This document shows, in pieces, positions 28,104-36,465 of a stretch of DNA of 59,008 nt. The stretch spans positions 1 through 59,008 of the IMG/VR virus record IMGVR_UViG_3300044994_000135; one strand, 5' to 3'. A model generated the notes under the pieces. The model did no database searches and was not told the origin of the DNA. It saw only the letters and a list, made by a program, of their open reading frames with translations. Origin of the DNA: a virus (Duplodnaviria; Caudoviricetes). The translations under genes and the position numbers were made by a program. How positions within the stretch are numbered: position 1 is the first letter of the stretch; each line of letters opens with the position of its first letter.

Positions 28104-28370
28104 ATGGTCGCTCGCGTCCCTAGCCCCAAGACCAAGCGCACCAACAACGTGATGGTCCGCCTCAGCTCCCCCGAGCTGGAGGCCGTTCTCGCCGCCAAGC
28201 CCGACGACGTGCCGCTGGCCGTGTACCTGCGGGAGCGCATCACCCGCTCGGCGGACCTGCGCCTGGTGGCGGCGTTCATCGTCGCCGCGCTGTCGCCCGA
28301 CCTGACGCTCGAGGCGACGCTCAAGCTGTTCGACGAAACCATGGGGGGGCTCGGCCATGAGTGTGACTAA
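28104..28370 (+). CDS. RHH / MobC-like relaxosome accessory protein
   Basis: KRTNNVMVRLSSPELEAV...LAVYLRE; overlaps the relaxase start. Confidence 0.6.
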   Translation: MVARVPSPKTKRTNNVMVRLSSPELEAVLAAKPDDVPLAVYLRERITRSADLRLVAAFIVAALSPDLTLEATLKLFDETMGGLGHECD

Positions 28371-30039
28371 GGCCACCGCGCGTTACGGCTACGCCCCGGA
28401 CATGAACCGCGAGGGGGAGCTGACCGGCGAGCCCGTCGGGGTGTACACGGCGCAGACCAAGAGGTTCGAGCCGACGGGGCTCACGTTCGCCGAGGCCCTG
28501 GCGGCGCACGGCATCCAGCGGGACGACAGGGTGACGCACTTGTGCAGCACGCTCGATAAGCCCGCGTCGCTGCTCTGCGCCGGCGTGTTCTTCCCGCCGG
28601 ACAAGGCGATGGAGCTGCGGCAGGTGGCGCGGGAGAAGGTGCACGAGCTGCTCGAAATCTGCGCCGCGAACGGCGAGATCCGCAAGGGGGCCGACGGCAA
28701 GGTGCGCCTCGACGCCGTGCCCGTGGCCATCGTCACGGTGGTCCACGACCGCACCTACACGGAGCGCAAGGACGGCACGGTCGAGGACCTCCCGCACTGG
28801 CACGTGCACGCGTTCAAGGCCACCACGTGCGTCACCGAGGACGGTCGCACGGGGCAGGACGCCAGCTTGCGGGACAACTACTACCGCACGCAGACGGCCC
28901 GCGCCGCCGAGCTCAGCAAGGCCGTGCAGGACGCCGCGGTGGCGATGGGCGTTGAGACCAGGGTGACCCGCGACGGCCGCGGCTGGGGCGTGGTCGGCTA
29001 CCCGGACGCGTTCGTCAAGGCGATGTGCTCGGGCAAGGACCGCATCGACCGCGCGATCCTGGAGCGGGGGCTCGAAGGGACGAAGTTTGCCCGCGAGCGC
29101 GACCAGGCGGCGCGGGACCGGCCTGACCGGGCGCGCCCGCCGATGGACCAGATCCCGCCGCTGGAGGAGTCGCGGGCGCGGTGGGAGCAGAAGGGCCGCG
29201 AGTTCGGCTGCGAGCCGCTGAAGCTCCGCCCCCCGGAGAAACTGCCGGACGCGCGCGCCTCGCAATATCTGGCGGCCGAGATCGTGCACAAGGCCGTGGT
29301 GAGGGCCGCCGCCGAGACGGCCAGTGCCGGGGCCGGGTTCTCGGACGTGCAACTGCGGCAGGCGGCGTTCGAGGTGTCGTTCGCCTACCCGCAGGTGACT
29401 GCCCCGCAGGTGGCCGAGGCCGTGCGGCGGGTGCTCGACAAGCCCAAGATTCACGGCCTGGAGCGCGTGGACGGTGCGGCGCAGTTCAAGCTCGTGCAGC
29501 CGGAGCTGAAGAAGGAGGCCGCCGCCGTTGCCGTTGCCGCCGGGCCGCCGCCGAAGCTGCCCAAAGCGCCGCCGCCGCAACCGCCGGAGGCTCTGCGCCC
29601 GCCGCGCCCCGGGGACGCGATCAAGGAGCGCAAGAGCACCCCCGACCGCAAGCCCGCGCCGCCGCCGGTCATCAAGCTCGACGCCGACCGCCCGGACCAG
29701 CTCGGCCGGTTCCTCAAAGAGCAGCGGCGGTACTCGCTGATTCGCCGTCACGCCGAGGCCATCTTTCGCGGCGTCATCACCGAGTACGGCGACATGCACG
29801 CCATGCTCGACAGAGCCCAGCGGAACTTCCGCGAGTACACCCGCGAGAACGCCCCGCGCCTGCCCAAGCGGACCGAGATCGTGGTGAGTAACGCGCAGAA
29901 ACTGGACCTCACGCAACTGCGGGCGCTCGTGCGCCTGGAGCGCGAGCACGGCCGCGGCGTGACGGTGCGGCTGACGTACCCCGAGCAGCGGCGCAAGGAG
30001 CCCGAAAAGCCCCAACGGAAGCAGGAGCCCCAACGATGA
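28357..30039 (+). CDS. TrwC/MobF-type HUH relaxase without a recognisable helicase domain
   Basis: N-terminal YGY; STLDKPASL; VHDRT...DLPHWHVH (three-His motif); PDAFVKAMCSGKDRI. Confidence 0.78.
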   Translation: MSVTKATARYGYAPDMNREGELTGEPVGVYTAQTKRFEPTGLTFAEALAAHGIQRDDRVTHLCSTLDKPASLLCAGVFFPPDKAMELRQVAREKVHELLEICAANGEIRKGADGKVRLDAVPVAIVTVVHDRTYTERKDGTVEDLPHWHVHAFKATTCVTEDGRTGQDASLRDNYYRTQTARAAELSKAVQDAAVAMGVETRVTRDGRGWGVVGYPDAFVKAMCSGKDRIDRAILERGLEGTKFARERDQAARDRPDRARPPMDQIPPLEESRARWEQKGREFGCEPLKLRPPEKLPDARASQYLAAEIVHKAVVRAAAETASAGAGFSDVQLRQAAFEVSFAYPQVTAPQVAEAVRRVLDKPKIHGLERVDGAAQFKLVQPELKKEAAAVAVAAGPPPKLPKAPPPQPPEALRPPRPGDAIKERKSTPDRKPAPPPVIKLDADRPDQLGRFLKEQRRYSLIRRHAEAIFRGVITEYGDMHAMLDRAQRNFREYTRENAPRLPKRTEIVVSNAQKLDLTQLRALVRLEREHGRGVTVRLTYPEQRRKEPEKPQRKQEPQR

Positions 30040-31736
30040 CGCCGACGAATCCGTACGCGCCCGAGTTCCAGCAACTCCGCGGCCCGCAGTTGCTCCACCG
30101 GCTAATGGTGGACGGGGGCCACCCGACCATCCTGATCGCGGGAAGCGTGCCGTGGCCGTTCGGGTGGACGAACAAGGGCATCATCTATCTCGGCGTCCCC
30201 GGCTGCGGGAAGTCGGTCGCCATCAAAGCGCAGCGGGCCTCGCTCTCGCCGTACTACCGGCAGCGCGGGGCGCTGTTCCGCGAGTTCGTGATCGACCCGA
30301 CCGGCACGTACTGGGACCACGCCGCGCGGACGCTCCCGCCGGGCGTGCCGATGCTCAACCTCTCGCCGCACTTTGAGGGGTCGCGGTTCTGGGACGTGGC
30401 CCGCGAGACGAACAACGAGCCCGTGATGCTGATGAACCTCGTCGACGGCCTCATGGGCGTTCACGAGCAGAGCGGGGGCATGACCAGCTCCGACCCGTTC
30501 TGGCCCCGGAAGGCCCGCGTGGTGGTGCAGCATCTGATGACCGTGTTCGCCGAGCGCGCCGGCCCGCGCTGGCGGCTGGCCGACGTGGTGCGGGCGCTGT
30601 GGTACCCGGAGTTCCTCGCGCCCATCCTCGCGCAGTCCGCGAGCACGCGCGGCAGCGCGGCGCACGAGATCACCGGCAAGATGGGCAAGGGCATCACGGC
30701 CACGGCCTCGGCGGAGCTGAACCAGCTGGGGATGGTGGCGGCGTTCAGCGACTCGTGCGGGAAGGGGTTCACGTTCCGCGAGCAGTTCGACCGGAGCGTG
30801 TTCATGCACCTGGCGTTCGACCCGAACATCGCCGAGGGGTACAGCCGGTACTCGGCGGCCATGGCCCACATGCTGTACCTGGTCGCGTGCAGGCACGGCA
30901 GCGAGCTCAACCGCACGTTCGTCTTCGCCGACGAGGCCCGCGAGATGCGGAACTTCCGCATCCCGGAGATGCTGGCACGGGGTCGGCAGTTCGGGCTCTC
31001 GCTCACCCTGGCGGCGCAGGGCATCGAGGGCCTTGTTTCGCAATGGGGGGAGAAGGCGACCAAGGAGATGATGGGCCTTATGCAGACCATCGTGGCGTTC
31101 GCCAGCACGCCCGACACCGCCGAGTACCTGTGCAAGATGCTCGGCAAGCGCGATGGCATCGAGACCAACCACACGACCGGGACCTCCGAGGCGCGAGGCC
31201 GCACCGAGGGCCAGTCCTTCAGTGACTCGAGCTCGCAGACGCACAGCTTCACGTGGAACGGCGCACGGCACCTCACACCAGACCACTTCCCGCCGCGCAT
31301 CGTGCCGTCGCCCGCGGCGAACGCCCACCCGTGGGCGCCAAACGTGCGCTGGATTCACACCGGGTCGAACGTCTCGAACTCGCGCAGCTACACAAGCAGT
31401 GGCAGCATCAGCACGACCACGACCACCAGCGCCTCGTGGACGGCCAAGCTCTCCACGCGCGACACGCTCGTGCCGTGGGACCTCGTCGGCCAGCGGATGC
31501 CCGACCCCCACATCGACGAGCTGGACTGCTACGTGATCAGCCGCGAACTCGGCGGCGTTGGCAAGGCTCGCTCCCGCTGGCTGCACGTCCTGGCCGCCGA
31601 CCGTCTGCGTGCGCACGCCCCGTCGCTCGTGCCCAAGCCCCCCGCGCACGGCACGCTCCGACGGTTCACCCGAGACGACCTTCAGCGGCTGGGTCTGGAC
31701 CTGACCGACGAGCTGCTCGCGGCCTTTAATTCTTAA
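30036..31736 (+). CDS. Type IV coupling protein-like ATPase (TrwB/TraD DNA-binding domain), no membrane anchor
   Basis: Walker A GVPGCGKS; VIDPTG; DPFWPRKAR; Walker B FADEA; GRQFGLSLTLAAQ; TAEYLCKMLG. Confidence 0.82.
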   Translation: MTPTNPYAPEFQQLRGPQLLHRLMVDGGHPTILIAGSVPWPFGWTNKGIIYLGVPGCGKSVAIKAQRASLSPYYRQRGALFREFVIDPTGTYWDHAARTLPPGVPMLNLSPHFEGSRFWDVARETNNEPVMLMNLVDGLMGVHEQSGGMTSSDPFWPRKARVVVQHLMTVFAERAGPRWRLADVVRALWYPEFLAPILAQSASTRGSAAHEITGKMGKGITATASAELNQLGMVAAFSDSCGKGFTFREQFDRSVFMHLAFDPNIAEGYSRYSAAMAHMLYLVACRHGSELNRTFVFADEAREMRNFRIPEMLARGRQFGLSLTLAAQGIEGLVSQWGEKATKEMMGLMQTIVAFASTPDTAEYLCKMLGKRDGIETNHTTGTSEARGRTEGQSFSDSSSQTHSFTWNGARHLTPDHFPPRIVPSPAANAHPWAPNVRWIHTGSNVSNSRSYTSSGSISTTTTTSASWTAKLSTRDTLVPWDLVGQRMPDPHIDELDCYVISRELGGVGKARSRWLHVLAADRLRAHAPSLVPKPPAHGTLRRFTRDDLQRLGLDLTDELLAAFNS

Positions 31737-31753
31737 CCCGGAGTTGGCACCCC

Positions 31754-32488
31754 ATGAAGACCTTTTTCTCCATCATCTTCGGGGTTGCGCTCGCCTGCTG
31801 CGCGAGCGCCCTGGGGATGCTCGGCGGCTGCGTCAAAAAGCCCGAACCGCCGCCGCCGGAGAACGTCGGGGACCCGAACGCCTCCGTCAAGAAGACGAAC
31901 GAGGTGATCCGCGGCAACCTGCGCGCCATCCGCGAGCGGCTCTCCGCCGCGCGGAGCGAGTACAAGCTCAACGCCGACATCGGGAGTGACCTCCTGGGCG
32001 CGACCGAGGAGTTGCTCAAGCTCTCCGGCACCGCCCGCGACGACTGCGACCGCATGATCCGGGCCGCCGACGACATCCGCTGGGACCTGCCGCGAGCGGC
32101 CATCGGGTACAAGGCCAACGCCGACCGCTGCCGCCTGGACGCCGAGCGCACCAACGACGAGCGCATGCGGGGCATCCACCTGCAAACGGCGGCGATGATG
32201 GACCGGTACGCCGCCGAGGTCCCACGCCGGATGAAGGTGACCGAGGAGTTCCTGGCGTCGGCCAAGCAGACCCGCGCGCTGCTGGCCGAGAGCGAGCGCA
32301 CCTTGCGCGTGCAGTGGGAGGCCATGGTCATCGGCACGACAGGGGCGGAAAAGCCCGCCGTGCGGATCGAGACCAAGGTTTACATGGCGCAGTTCGAGCA
32401 GTTCTTGAGCGTGGTCGAGCGGTTCTACCGGGAGTTCGGCGAGCCGCCCCCGGTGGTAGCGTCCCCGGCGGCCCCGCCGCAGGGCTGA
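31754..32488 (+). CDS. Putative helical lipoprotein
   Basis: Signal peptide with lipobox LGGC; coiled-coil-like body. Confidence 0.7.
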   Translation: MKTFFSIIFGVALACCASALGMLGGCVKKPEPPPPENVGDPNASVKKTNEVIRGNLRAIRERLSAARSEYKLNADIGSDLLGATEELLKLSGTARDDCDRMIRAADDIRWDLPRAAIGYKANADRCRLDAERTNDERMRGIHLQTAAMMDRYAAEVPRRMKVTEEFLASAKQTRALLAESERTLRVQWEAMVIGTTGAEKPAVRIETKVYMAQFEQFLSVVERFYREFGEPPPVVASPAAPPQG

Positions 32489-32503
32489 GGGCATCAGGGC
32501 AAG

Positions 32504-32550
32504 AAAAAGCCCCGGCCGCCGATCCCTGGGGTAGGACCGGAGGCCGGGGC
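32504..32550 (-). terminator. Intrinsic terminator downstream of the integrase
   Basis: GCCCCGGCC...GGCCGGGGC stem with an A-run on the plus strand (U-tail on minus). Confidence 0.55.
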
Positions 32551-32619
32551 GGGTTTGGAGAGAACCCATGAACAACTTGGACAACCCGGCGCTGATGAGA
32601 CGCCGTGCGGGGGAGAGTA

Positions 32620-33639
32620 TCAGCTCACCACCTGCTGCGCAACATCTCGCATGTGTTTTACCCGCTCTTGCAACTGCGAATAGTGCCTCATAACCATGTC
32701 CGTGCTGGTGTGCCCGACCAGCTCGGCCACCTTAACCGCGTCCACGCCCCGTTCCAGGGCGTCGGTGACGTAGGCCCGGCGGTAGCTCGTGGCGGTGAAG
32801 TGGCCGAGCTCCGGGAACTTCTTGCGGAGGTTGCGGAACCGGATGCGGATGGAGTTGCGGTTCCAGGGGCTCCCGCGACTGTTGAGGAACAGCGGCCCGT
32901 CGGGGTGAGCGCGGACCAGCTCGCGGGTGATCTCCAGCATCCCGGCGGTGAGGTACACCACGCGGGGCTTGCCGGTCTTGTTGGCGGTCTTGTGCTTCGG
33001 GAGCGTCCACGTCCCTTGCGTGAGATCGACGTGCTCAGCGGTGAGGACACACAACTCCCCGGGCCGACACCCGGTCTGTTCGAGCGCCGTCAGGACGAGC
33101 TGAAAAGCCGTGTCCTTGATGGCCTTGAAGATCTTGCCCCGCTCATCCACCGTCAAGTATGCGAGCACACGGTTAGGAGCGGGGACGTCGATCCCGTGAA
33201 TGGGGTTACGCTGGAGTTTCCGTCGCTTAACCGCCCAGTTGAACATTCGCAGGAGAGAGCGGAGGGCGTGCCGCCGGGAGCGCTTCCAGGAGGGGTTCTC
33301 TTCCACCCACGATTCGACCAGTTCGATCGTGATGCGATGGGGCGGTGTTTCGCGGACTCGCTTGTATCCGAGGAACGACCGCAGAAAGTGCCGGACTTGA
33401 TCGTAGGTTTGAGCTTCGCGGTGTTTCTTGAGCCAGGCCAGGTACTCCGCCGCGAGGCAGCCGGTAGTGCCCTTCGACTCTTCGTCTGGAACGTGCCGCT
33501 CGGCCATGAGCCGGTGGTACTCTCTCTCGGCAGCGGGCTTGTTGTCGCGTCCCCGAGCGAGCGGCGTCTGCACGCCGTCGATCCAAACGCACCAGGTGTC
33601 CCGAGCCGTCCAGAACCAGGGCTTGCGAGGTCGGGCCAT
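32620..33639 (-). CDS. int: Tyrosine recombinase / integrase
   Basis: TGCRPGE, HKT, SYRR (HxxR-like), LVGHT and RHY; N-terminal arm-binding-like MARPRKPWFW. Confidence 0.92.
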   Translation of the reverse strand: MARPRKPWFWTARDTWCVWIDGVQTPLARGRDNKPAAEREYHRLMAERHVPDEESKGTTGCLAAEYLAWLKKHREAQTYDQVRHFLRSFLGYKRVRETPPHRITIELVESWVEENPSWKRSRRHALRSLLRMFNWAVKRRKLQRNPIHGIDVPAPNRVLAYLTVDERGKIFKAIKDTAFQLVLTALEQTGCRPGELCVLTAEHVDLTQGTWTLPKHKTANKTGKPRVVYLTAGMLEITRELVRAHPDGPLFLNSRGSPWNRNSIRIRFRNLRKKFPELGHFTATSYRRAYVTDALERGVDAVKVAELVGHTSTDMVMRHYSQLQERVKHMRDVAQQVVS

Positions 33640-33677
33640 ATGCGGATCTCCTCCGTAGAAGGGAATCCGCCGTCGAG

Positions 33678-34042
33678 TTCCGTGACAAGATTCCGTGACA
33701 TATGCTACGTCGGCACAATCGCGAAACGTTGAAAAGTGCTTGTTTTCTAGGGCTTTTCTGCGTTACTGTCGAGTTACTTCGGGGAGACTTCTTTTGGTCC
33801 CGAACCAAGCGCTCTACCAAGCTGAGCTACAGCCCGCGATCTCAAGCACCCACGTTTTCGGCGGCGTTCCCAAGGGTTTGGTTACTCGGACGCCGATATC
33901 TTACCGCCCGACGGGCACGAAACCAGCCCAAAAATTCCCCGGGGAGAAACTCGGCGGTTCCGGGCGGTTTCGCGCGGTCTTCTGGCGGTTACGTGTCAGT
34001 TTCTCGGCGGTTCCGTGCGGGTTCCGTGTCACTTCCGTGACG
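33678..34042. mobile_element. attP-like site with arm-type repeats flanking a tRNA fragment
   Basis: TTCCGTGACA at 33678 and 33691; TTACGTGTCA, TTCCGTGCGG, TTCCGTGTCA and TTCCGTGACG at 33989, 34011, 34022 and 34033. Confidence 0.7.
33794..33836 (-). pseudogene. 5' half of tRNA-Pro(CGG)
   Basis: CGGGCTGTAGCTCAGCTTGGTAGAGCGCTTGGTTCGGGACCAA gives the 5' acceptor strand, D arm and anticodon arm; no T arm or 3' acceptor strand follows. Confidence 0.88.
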
Positions 34043-34219
34043 CCGGTGCCCATCCGCCGCGTCGAGCTCCGGGTCAGGCGGCTCGCACCTCGGCGGGCAC
34101 GCGCAGTGTTTGCGACACCGGAAACACACGTAGCACGGCGACCACACGCACGAGCAAACGCCGTGGAGCCCCCGGAGCATGCAGCAGGCGCAGCGATAGG
34201 TCCTCATCCCCCCATTCAA
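33989..34219 (-). CDS. Possible Cys-rich small protein
   Basis: 11 Cys within about 35 residues; the 3' end overlaps the att arm repeats. Confidence 0.35.
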   Translation of the reverse strand: MNGGMRTYRCACCMLRGLHGVCSCVWSPCYVCFRCRKHCACPPRCEPPDPELDAADGHRRHGSDTEPARNRRETDT

Positions 34220-34397
34220 GCGCCCGATCCGCCGTCGCGCAAGGCCAGTCTGAACGCCGTTTTACATTTTCCTCCACGAGCGCTCAACCAGTTAGCGTCT
34301 CTCAAACGCTGTTTATCGTAAAAACATGTGGCCTTCGCGCCGGACGATCGATCTTAATCACTGAGGGGCCGACGGATGGCCCGAAGGAGGAAAACGC

Positions 34398-34658
34398 ATG
34401 AAAACAATACCTGAGAAACTGCTGGAAACAATCCTGCACCACACCCGCAGCTATGAGGCGGCCAAGCGCGAGCGTGACATGGAGCGGATGCGGAGCATCG
34501 GCGACTACCTGCACGGTCTGCAAGACGGGCTGGCGCTCTGCATCGACCCGGGCCTCGTGAGAGCGGTGTTTCGCGGGGCGCGGCAGATCGTCGAGACGGA
34601 AACGCCCGACGGCGCGTTCGTCCCGGCGGCCAACGGCGGCCTGCACCGGGTAGCGTAG
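34398..34658 (+). CDS. Hypothetical protein
   Basis: AAGGAGG RBS; 86 aa. Confidence 0.65.
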   Translation: MKTIPEKLLETILHHTRSYEAAKRERDMERMRSIGDYLHGLQDGLALCIDPGLVRAVFRGARQIVETETPDGAFVPAANGGLHRVA

Positions 34659-34659
34659 T

Positions 34660-34688
34660 AAAAAATTGGGATCGAGGCTTGATCCCAA
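34660..34688 (-). terminator. Hairpin with U-tail on the minus strand
   Basis: AAAAAA-TTGGGATC-GAGGCTT-GATCCCAA. Confidence 0.45.
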
Positions 34689-34701
34689 AATTGAAATATA
34701 A

Positions 34702-34989
34702 ATGACTGATTGGATGGAGAACAACATGAACAACTTAATCCCAGAAAATATCGACGAGAACCTGAAGCGCTGGACCGTGATCGGCTCGGTCGCCGGAGCG
34801 GTGATCGTCAACCTGGCGGCGTGCAGCGGGTTCGAGGTCGGCGGGAAGCTTGGCGTTTACCGCGTTGATACACGCTCGGAAGTACAACAGACGTTCCGCA
34901 GCAACCTCCCGCTCAAGTGCTACCTGTGGGCCGATTGCACCGGGCAGGCACAAGCGGCAGACGAGGCCGAATTCCCGAGAACGAAATAA
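34702..34989 (+). CDS. Putative small lipoprotein
   Basis: Hydrophobic stretch ending in lipobox LAAC. Confidence 0.6.
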   Translation: MTDWMENNMNNLIPENIDENLKRWTVIGSVAGAVIVNLAACSGFEVGGKLGVYRVDTRSEVQQTFRSNLPLKCYLWADCTGQAQAADEAEFPRTK

Positions 34990-35001
34990 TAGGGGGCAGC
35001 C

Positions 35002-35184
35002 ATGTTTGATGAAATCAAGAAGAACATTTTCACCGTCCACGGCGTGCTGACCACGATGATCCACGTGTTCCTGGCGGTCGGGTTTGTGACCACCTGGGTG
35101 ATCGTGCAGGTCCACGTTTTCGGCAACGACCCAACGGCGGTGCTGCAAGGGCCCACGGCCTCAGCGCCGAAGGGCAAGAAATGA
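35002..35184 (+). CDS. Small membrane protein
   Basis: One long hydrophobic helix; ATGA-coupled to the SLT gene. Confidence 0.6.
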   Translation: MFDEIKKNIFTVHGVLTTMIHVFLAVGFVTTWVIVQVHVFGNDPTAVLQGPTASAPKGKK

Positions 35185-35759
35185 AGGCCGGGAAGCCCGG
35201 CAACAACGGCGGGGGCCTCTTGGCCCTCGCCGCCATCGGGGCGGTGTTCTGCTCCCCGCCGAAGTTCAGCGGCGGCTGGGCCGGCCCCCTCGATGGGGGC
35301 TTTGCCCACACGCGCTGGCACATCCTGCGATTTTACGGCGCGAAGGCCGAGCCGAGCAGGGCGACGATCAAAACCGAGGTGGTGCGGGCGGCTAGGAAAT
35401 ACGCCATCAGCCCGAAGCTGCTCGACGCCGTCGTACGGACCGAGAGCGCGTACAAGACCCGCGCCGTCTCGAGGGCTGGGGCGATCGGGCTAGGTCAGGT
35501 CATGTCGTCGAACTCGCTGGCGTGCGGCTTGTCGTCGGCGGACCAGTTGTTTGACCCGGTGCGCAACCTCGACTGCTCCGCGCGGATACTGTCCGAGAAT
35601 CTGCGACTGTTCGGCGGCAACGTGGACCACGCGCTCATGGCCTATAATTGGGGGGCGGGCAGGGTTAGGGCCTGGCTCAAGTCCGGGCAGTCGAGGAGCC
35701 GCGTACCCGCCGAGACACGGGCGTACGTCCCGCAGGTGCGAGCTCACATGGGTTCGTGA
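35181..35759 (+). CDS. Lytic transglycosylase (SLT domain)
   Basis: AVVRTES, AVSRAGAIGLGQVM, ALMAYNWG and ETRAYV; N-terminal hydrophobic segment. Confidence 0.9.
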   Translation: MKAGKPGNNGGGLLALAAIGAVFCSPPKFSGGWAGPLDGGFAHTRWHILRFYGAKAEPSRATIKTEVVRAARKYAISPKLLDAVVRTESAYKTRAVSRAGAIGLGQVMSSNSLACGLSSADQLFDPVRNLDCSARILSENLRLFGGNVDHALMAYNWGAGRVRAWLKSGQSRSRVPAETRAYVPQVRAHMGS

Positions 35760-35772
35760 TATACTGCCCGCC

Positions 35773-36207
35773 GTGCCCCGGCGGGTTTTCGACCCCTCCG
35801 CACCTCTACGAAAATGCCGTGACTGCTCAAGGCAGTTCAACCCCTACTATTTCCCGTACGACGGCTGCCGGTGTCGGCGATGCCACAGCAACCACCGCCA
35901 CCGCGAGTACACGCGCTCGGGGCGGCGCAAGTACGACGCCGACAGCAAGCGCCGGAGTAACTACCGGCTGCGGTACGGCGTCGAGCTGGAGTGGGTCGAG
36001 CGGCGCACCGAGGAGCTCGGCGGGTTGTGTTCGATCTGCCGCGAAGAGCCCACGAGCCGGAAGTTGATGGTGGACCACTGCCACGCCACCGGGGCGGTGC
36101 GGGACCTCCTGTGCGTCCGGTGCAACAACACCCTCGGCTGGGTCGGCGACTCCGTGGACGTACTGCAACGGATGATCGAGTACCTTGAACGCTACAGGCC
36201 CAAATAG
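35773..36207 (+). CDS. Endonuclease VII-like HNH nuclease (start uncertain)
   Basis: CSIC...VDHCHATGAVRDLLCVRCNNTLG. Confidence 0.85.
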   Translation: MPRRVFDPSAPLRKCRDCSRQFNPYYFPYDGCRCRRCHSNHRHREYTRSGRRKYDADSKRRSNYRLRYGVELEWVERRTEELGGLCSICREEPTSRKLMVDHCHATGAVRDLLCVRCNNTLGWVGDSVDVLQRMIEYLERYRPK

Positions 36208-36419
36208 CCCGCGGCGTCATTCAGGTACGCGATGGCCTGCAGGAGCAGGGCGTGCGCGTCGGCGAGCCACGCGGCCTCGGGGAACAACGGGCGCAAGCCC
36301 TCCACCATGGCGATTAGCGCGGCAAGGACAACGGACAGGGCGACGATCCAGTGCTTGCGACTCTTGAGCCGCTTGACGACGGGGAACCGAGCGAGGACGA
36401 AGGCGAGGATCTTTTTCAT
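36192..36419 (-). CDS. Putative holin
   Basis: 75 aa with a basic N-terminus and hydrophobic helices; last gene of the lysis cluster. Confidence 0.6.
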   Translation of the reverse strand: MKKILAFVLARFPVVKRLKSRKHWIVALSVVLAALIAMVEGLRPLFPEAAWLADAHALLLQAIAYLNDAAGYLGL

Positions 36420-36460
36420 GGCTCCATTATCTGAGGATCTTTTTCATGGCTCCATTATCT
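36405..36460. repeat. 28-bp perfect tandem duplication of the holin RBS and start
   Basis: GAGGATCTTTTTCATGGCTCCATTATCT at 36405 and 36433. Confidence 0.9.
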
Positions 36461-36465
36461 CACGA

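Noticed and set aside
28321-31649. Long minus-strand ORFs 28321-30033 and 30102-31649
   Set aside because: They are antisense shadows of the GC-rich relaxase and T4CP genes and show no motifs.
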